Below, in pieces: positions 18,373 through 22,338 of a stretch of 22,338 nt of DNA. Source of the stretch: Candidatus Helarchaeota ASGARD archaeon Hel_GB_B (GTDB lineage: Archaea; Asgardarchaeota; Lokiarchaeia; Helarchaeales; HEL-GB-B). The notes under the pieces were generated by a model. The model was not told where the DNA came from, did not search any database, and was given only the letters and a program-made list of their open reading frames with translations. The position numbers and the translations under genes are program-made. Position 1 is the first letter of the stretch. Each line of letters begins with the position of its first letter. The stretch spans positions 1 through 22,338 of the forward strand of contig SUPR01000060.1 of the NCBI GenBank assembly GCA_005191425.1. Reading direction: 5' to 3'.

Positions 18373-20502
18373 TTAAGGACACTTTTTAACAAATTTGAAA
18401 TACCCAATATCTTTTTGGCAAATCCACTTTAATAAATTAAATAATTCGTCAATATCTTCATTACAAATGGGCACAATTAATCGATGACCACCTTTTAATA
18501 ATTTCTGGAATTTGGACTCATATTTAATAATTTCTTTAATTGAAAGATTAGAATTAATAAAATTAGATTCATGATATTTTTGGAAATTTTTATAATCTGT
18601 AAAAGCATCGTCTTTTTCAAATTTTAATTTGTCTAATTTAACCAGATTTTCGGACCATTTACCACTTATAGCTTGTCTAAGGTTTAGATTATAATTAAAA
18701 GTTTCATTTTTTTCATTAATTAAATCGTTCATATATTTTAGTACTTCCTCAACAAATTTCAATTTATCATTAAAATCTGCTTCAGGAGATAGAAAAATAT
18801 TTGCACATTCAAAAATTCCCAAATAACTGATAGAAATTGTAGACTTCGCTATATTAAAATAATATTTATTGTTAACCAGATAGTTAAAAAATGGCAAATT
18901 ACGGTAATCAAATATATTTTTTCTGATAACATTAATTTTTTCCTGTAAAGCTACAAGACATTTTTCTATTCTCTCATTTATCAAATTGTAGAATTTAGGG
19001 ATGATTTTTTTCGATTCTATGGCGATTCTGGGCATATTTAATATGACCCAATCAAGATTTCCACATGCAGTATAGTCATTATTTAAGTCCTTAAGCCACC
19101 TATTTTCTATTCGTTCTAATGAATCAGTATAAGATACATTTTCATTTTGCCAAGTAGGTGAAGTATTAATAAAATTAATTTCACCCCATTTTCTGACGAC
19201 TTTTATTAAATATTCAAGAATCGGTTTATGATTTAAATTATTTAATAGTTCTTTATTAATTTTAAAAATTTGACGGGGAGTAGAAACAGGACTTTTTTTG
19301 TTTACCCCTTCATATAAGATCTCTAAATTTATTTCAAGAATCTTATCTAGTTGGTCGTCATAATCGCTATATGTTTTTGAAACGCTATTATCAATTTCAT
19401 CGATGTTTAAATTATTAAAAAATGGTGGGATTTCTAAATCAAATTGTAAATCAGCAGAAATTAATTGCCCACCTCTTGAAGAAAAACTATTAGAAATATC
19501 AGTATAAAAAGTTAACAAACTCTTTTTGATTTTTTTCTCGTCCAAGTTCTTAATGAATGGTAATAAGAAAATATTAAAAGAATCAATTACTTGATTTCCT
19601 GAAACAAAAATTTGAGACAAATTTAGTAAATGAAAGATTAGGTTAAAAGCTCCAGCCAAATCTTTAGGTTTATGGATGAGTAAATTATTTTTGTTATAAT
19701 CATATTTTAGGCCATCTTTTAAAAACCAACGAATATCGTGATGAAGTGAATTTACTCGGAGAATAAAATAATTTGCATTAGGGATATAAAATTCGCCAGA
19801 TAAATACCCATCTGCGACTTTATGGTCTAAAATATTTAGTAATAAATATTGTTCCATAACTGCATCGCCAGCAATTTTATGGACAGTTTCGGGGTTAAAA
19901 TTTTCATTTATAGATTTTTCCCGGTTAAGCATGACAGTAATATCATAAGGAGGTAGTCCCAATCGAGTTAATGAATGACGATAATCCTCATATCCTTTTT
20001 CAATTAAAATAAAATTAACGGCTTCTCTTATTAGAGGTGCAGTTAAATATTTTATATTTGCCTTAAACAAGCGTTCCTCAGTTTCATTTGCGATTTCTTT
20101 AGCTAAATCTTCAGGCACAGATGCCTCTTTAGTAAGAGACTGGATAATTTTAGTTTTATCAAAATGTTCAATTGTATAACCTGAAGTTCTGACAGGTATA
20201 TAGGAATCTACTCGTTCAATATCAATTAAAGTCCATAGAAATTCTACTACTTTTTCACCGATTGTTGTTAATTGATATCCTTCCTCGGGACCACCCTTTA
20301 TTAACCGAGCTTTTCGTAATTCTCGTAAATGATATCCAAACCTTCCGGCATCTTGGGATGGATTTAATCCTCTCTCTTCCATTATTTCTGTAAAAGATAA
20401 TGGATTTTTCCGGCTCAATAATTTTAGAATTTCAGCCCTAACATCATTAGAAATCGCACTTAATATTTTCTGAGAGCTTACAATATTATTAGATTTGTCC
20501 AT
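18373..20502 (-). CDS. Winged-HTH (ArsR-like) + ATP-cone + degenerate class III ribonucleotide reductase (NrdD-like) fusion; probable pseudo-enzyme regulator
   Basis: 709 aa. The wHTH is ISNDVRAEILKLL...SFTEIM...AGRFGYHLRELRKARLI....GYQLTTIG. The ATP-cone is VRTSGYTIEHFDKTKIIQSL...TAPLIRE. NrdD barrel motifs are TRLGLPPYD, GNQVIDSFNIFLLPF, GNLDWVILNMPRIA, ISYLGIFE and IGYF. No C-terminal Zn ribbon or R-x-x-G-Y glycyl loop is present. Confidence 0.85.
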   Translation of the reverse strand: MDKSNNIVSSQKILSAISNDVRAEILKLLSRKNPLSFTEIMEERGLNPSQDAGRFGYHLRELRKARLIKGGPEEGYQLTTIGEKVVEFLWTLIDIERVDSYIPVRTSGYTIEHFDKTKIIQSLTKEASVPEDLAKEIANETEERLFKANIKYLTAPLIREAVNFILIEKGYEDYRHSLTRLGLPPYDITVMLNREKSINENFNPETVHKIAGDAVMEQYLLLNILDHKVADGYLSGEFYIPNANYFILRVNSLHHDIRWFLKDGLKYDYNKNNLLIHKPKDLAGAFNLIFHLLNLSQIFVSGNQVIDSFNIFLLPFIKNLDEKKIKKSLLTFYTDISNSFSSRGGQLISADLQFDLEIPPFFNNLNIDEIDNSVSKTYSDYDDQLDKILEINLEILYEGVNKKSPVSTPRQIFKINKELLNNLNHKPILEYLIKVVRKWGEINFINTSPTWQNENVSYTDSLERIENRWLKDLNNDYTACGNLDWVILNMPRIAIESKKIIPKFYNLINERIEKCLVALQEKINVIRKNIFDYRNLPFFNYLVNNKYYFNIAKSTISISYLGIFECANIFLSPEADFNDKLKFVEEVLKYMNDLINEKNETFNYNLNLRQAISGKWSENLVKLDKLKFEKDDAFTDYKNFQKYHESNFINSNLSIKEIIKYESKFQKLLKGGHRLIVPICNEDIDELFNLLKWICQKDIGYFKFVKKCP

Positions 20503-20701
20503 TTTTCATGCATCCAAAAGATAAAATCAGTTAAATATCTAATTATTTTTTTAAAATTATAAAATTTTTTTAAAAAATAAATATTTTAAATTTTTAAATA
20601 GCAATTTATTTTATACCAAAAATTTAAAATTTTTGAATAAAAGCTAAAAAGCTAAATTCAAGATACAAATAATATTTGTTTAAGTTGTGTTTAAATTGAT
20701 A

Positions 20702-20711
20702 GATATAAAAA
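20702..20711 (+). promoter_or_regulatory. Putative TATA box of tRNA-Pro (and the downstream SWIM gene)
   Basis: GATATAAAAA lies about 18-27 nt upstream of the mature tRNA 5' end (20729), close to archaeal promoter spacing. Confidence 0.5.
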
Positions 20712-20767
20712 ATGGATATACCTCTAATGGGAAGATGGTCTAGCTTGGCTATGATTCCGGTTTCGGG

Positions 20768-20784
20768 ACATATAAAAGCGGAAC
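20768..20784 (+). other. tRNA intron 1 (canonical 37/38, 17 nt)
   Basis: Central BHB helix TTCG(32-35)/CGGA(20779-82) with 3-nt bulges GG|A and AC|A; the outer helix is minimal. Confidence 0.82.
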
Positions 20785-20793
20785 AACCGGTGA

Positions 20794-20823
20794 ATTCACT
20801 GAGAATATATCTCTGGAGCTGAA
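20794..20823 (+). other. tRNA intron 2 (non-canonical, variable loop 46/47, 30 nt)
   Basis: Helix CGGT/GCTG (2 WC + 2 GU), bulges GA|A and AA|T, and intron hairpin TTCA..GAGA/TCTC.TGGA. The flanking exon helix is relaxed. Removal restores a TGATC variable loop. Confidence 0.72.
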
Positions 20824-20836
20824 TCGAGGGTTCAAA

Positions 20837-20865
20837 AATTAAAGTCGTGTTGACTTAATTGAAAT
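20837..20865 (+). other. tRNA intron 3 (non-canonical, T-loop 59/60, 29 nt)
   Basis: Strict BHB: the T-stem as lower helix, central TTCA/TGAA, bulges AA|A and AT|T, and upper helix ATTAA-GTC/GAC-TTAAT. Removal restores the TTCAAAT T-loop. Confidence 0.87.
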
Positions 20866-20896
20866 TCCCTCTCTTCCCATTACATAAGGTGGAGCA

Positions 20897-21295
20897 ATGA
20901 CAGAATTTACTGAGATTCTTGATGAAATTAAAAAAAGTAAGACAATTTCACTTAATCAACTTCAAGAATTGGATAGGTTATTTGACGACAGGTTTTGGAA
21001 GGGACTGAGTCTGGCCATTCAGAATAAAGTGAAGAAATATATTTTTAAACCTAGTAATAGAGAGGTTTGGATAATAACAAGTAAGAATCGAGACTATCTA
21101 ACGCTAGATGATTATTTCTGTAATTGTAAAGATTTTTTTATAAAAATTGTATTAAAAAGAGAAGCAAAGTATTGTAAACATCTTCTGGCGAAATTTTTTT
21201 CTATTGCTTTTGAAAATTTTGAAACCATCGAAATCGACGATGATAGATATATTAACTTAATTGAAGAATGGAGATCAATTGAATTAGACCCATAG
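20897..21295 (+). CDS. Small SWIM zinc-finger protein, SWS1/ZSWIM7-like
   Basis: 132 aa with the CxC-x15-CxH motif FCNCKDFFIKIVLKREAKYCKHLLA. A GGTGG RBS lies at 20888-20892, and the gene starts 17 nt after the tRNA discriminator base. Confidence 0.85.
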   Translation: MTEFTEILDEIKKSKTISLNQLQELDRLFDDRFWKGLSLAIQNKVKKYIFKPSNREVWIITSKNRDYLTLDDYFCNCKDFFIKIVLKREAKYCKHLLAKFFSIAFENFETIEIDDDRYINLIEEWRSIELDP

Positions 21296-21428
21296 TTCTG
21301 AGATGATTGTTCTAATTTTAATTAAAAGCCTATTTTATTTATTATAATTAATTTTCTTAAACACCATTTAATTAATTTATACCATAAAACTTAAAATATA
21401 CAAAATAAAATATAAACCAGTGAATCCA

Positions 21429-21590
21429 ATGACTTTAATGGATATTATATATTATATAGGACAAATTAAGGCATTAACATCACTCGAATATGAAGGTTTG
21501 TATAATATTCTTATGTTCCTAGGAGTAATAGTTACAATTTTGGTTATGGTGTATGTATTAGTAGGAAGAGAGCCTGAGGAAGAAGAATAA
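21429..21590 (+). CDS. 53-aa single-pass membrane microprotein with acidic tail (below the ORF-track cutoff)
   Basis: Manual translation: MTLMDIIYYIGQIKALTSLEYEGLYNILMFLGVIVTILVMVYVLVGREPEEEE*. It has a clean TM helix, a GTGA RBS-like site before the ATG and AT-rich promoter-like DNA upstream, and is locally purine-rich like coding DNA. An alternative ATG lies at 21438. Confidence 0.65.
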   Translation: MTLMDIIYYIGQIKALTSLEYEGLYNILMFLGVIVTILVMVYVLVGREPEEEE

Positions 21591-21642
21591 AGGATATTTT
21601 TAGACCCCAGCTTGTTTTTTACAAAAAAATAATTTTACAAAA

Positions 21643-22338
21643 TCATAAATAAGAAGATGCAATTCTATAAGCTAATTTTATATGTTTCGACCCATTTTTT
21701 AGAACAGGGTTCATGTGCCCAGGAAGCAACAGATTTACATTTAGGTCGCTTAATTTTTTTAGTGATGCTACAAGGTCTTTGCCATTTCCCATTGGAAAAT
21801 CGACTCTACCGAAACTACCATTTGTAAAAACAGTATCACCCGTAAAGATTAATTTGAAATTTTCGTCATACAAACAAATACTGCCCGGAGTATGTCCAGG
21901 AGTTAAAATTATCTTGAAATTAAAGTCGCCAAATTTGAGATAGTCCCCATCATTTAGTTTGACATCAACATTAACGGGATAGATTCCGGCACCATTAATT
22001 AATTCAGAAACTTCAGAAAACATTGGGCCAATAATTTCTCCAATGATAGGAACTATTACCTTTTTATCAGCATTTTCAATAAAAGCAGCTTCAATTTGAG
22101 ATGCAATTATTTGAGGTTTAGGAGTTATTATTTTTAAAAACTTATAAAGACCCAAAATATGATCTATATGACAATGAGTTTGAATTATTTTTTTAATATA
22201 CTCATTTTTAAATTCCGTATTATTCTCGGATTTGAAAATGTTTTTAATAACTTTTAGATTTTGGTCAAAGGTAATGCCATTTCCTGAATCTATTAACATA
22301 AGATCATTTTTGTCCACTAAGACATACAAATTTGAATC
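21643..22338 (-). CDS. MBL-fold metallo-hydrolase (glyoxalase II-like), 5'-truncated by the window edge
   Basis: Motifs IDSG, THCHIDH, TPGHTPG, FTGDTVF, GRVDFP.G and LPGH. The frame stays open to the edge (DSNLYVL), so the track's start at 22329 is an internal TTG. Confidence 0.93.
   Translation of the reverse strand, partial: DSNLYVLVDKNDLMLIDSGNGITFDQNLKVIKNIFKSENNTEFKNEYIKKIIQTHCHIDHILGLYKFLKIITPKPQIIASQIEAAFIENADKKVIVPIIGEIIGPMFSEVSELINGAGIYPVNVDVKLNDGDYLKFGDFNFKIILTPGHTPGSICLYDENFKLIFTGDTVFTNGSFGRVDFPMGNGKDLVASLKKLSDLNVNLLLPGHMNPVLKNGSKHIKLAYRIASSYL

Larger units (their letters stand above)
20729..20879 (+). tRNA. tRNA-Pro(CGG) with three introns (37/38, 46/47, 59/60)
   Basis: The spliced sequence GGGAAGA TG GTCT AGCTTGGCTA TGAT T CCGGT TTCGGGA ACCGG TGATC GAGGG TTCAAAT CCCTC TCTTCCC A folds into a cloverleaf. 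It has a perfect 7-bp acceptor stem, 5-bp anticodon and T stems, and anticodon CGG at 20764-20766. CCA is not encoded. Confidence 0.9.

Noticed and set aside
18373-20502. Annotation as a functional anaerobic ribonucleotide reductase (nrdD), or as a frameshift-truncated one
   Set aside because: The catalytic Cys motifs appear substituted, and no downstream frame encodes a Zn ribbon or R-x-x-G-Y loop.
20543-20656. Near-palindromic A/T tracts and tandem AAGCTAAA x2 upstream of the NrdD-like gene as an autoregulatory operator
   Set aside because: They are indistinguishable from background at this AT content, and no matching motif was seen upstream of pyrB or carA.
21713-22329. ORF 21713..21943 (+) and the TTG at 22329 as the MBL start
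   Set aside because: The first is an antisense shadow. The MBL frame continues past the window edge (DSNLYV), so 22329 is internal.
1-22338. CRISPR arrays, IS/transposase, integrase, rRNA, selenoprotein or alternative-code readthrough
   Set aside because: I saw no regularly spaced repeats, transposase/recombinase motifs or GC-rich rRNA-like tracts, and the conserved genes end at normal stops.

Overview
This is a very AT-rich archaeal chromosomal window, most likely from an Asgard archaeon (Lokiarchaeia/Helarchaeales-like). The taxonomy is inferred from gene types, an intron-containing archaeal tRNA, TATA-type promoters and GGTGA/GGTGG ribosome-binding sites. Housekeeping genes are carA-carB, pyrB (no adjacent pyrI), an ASKHA/2Fe-2S corrinoid reductive activator (RACo-type), a TIGR03960-like radical SAM protein, a SWIM zinc-finger protein and a 5'-truncated MBL-fold hydrolase. 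Four elements are missing from the supplied ORF track: a >1375-aa secreted surface glycoprotein running off the left edge, a frameshifted HTH plus V4R-like regulator, a tRNA-Pro(CGG) interrupted by three BHB-type introns, and a 53-aa single-pass membrane protein with an OST4-like pattern. The strongest candidate for an undescribed system is 18373-20502, a winged-HTH + ATP-cone + class III ribonucleotide reductase (NrdD) fusion. It appears to have lost both catalytic cysteines, the Zn ribbon and the glycyl-radical loop. That would make it a probable nucleotide-sensing pseudo-enzyme transcription factor, and it lies next to de novo pyrimidine genes. All family assignments come from manual motif recognition; no database searches were run.
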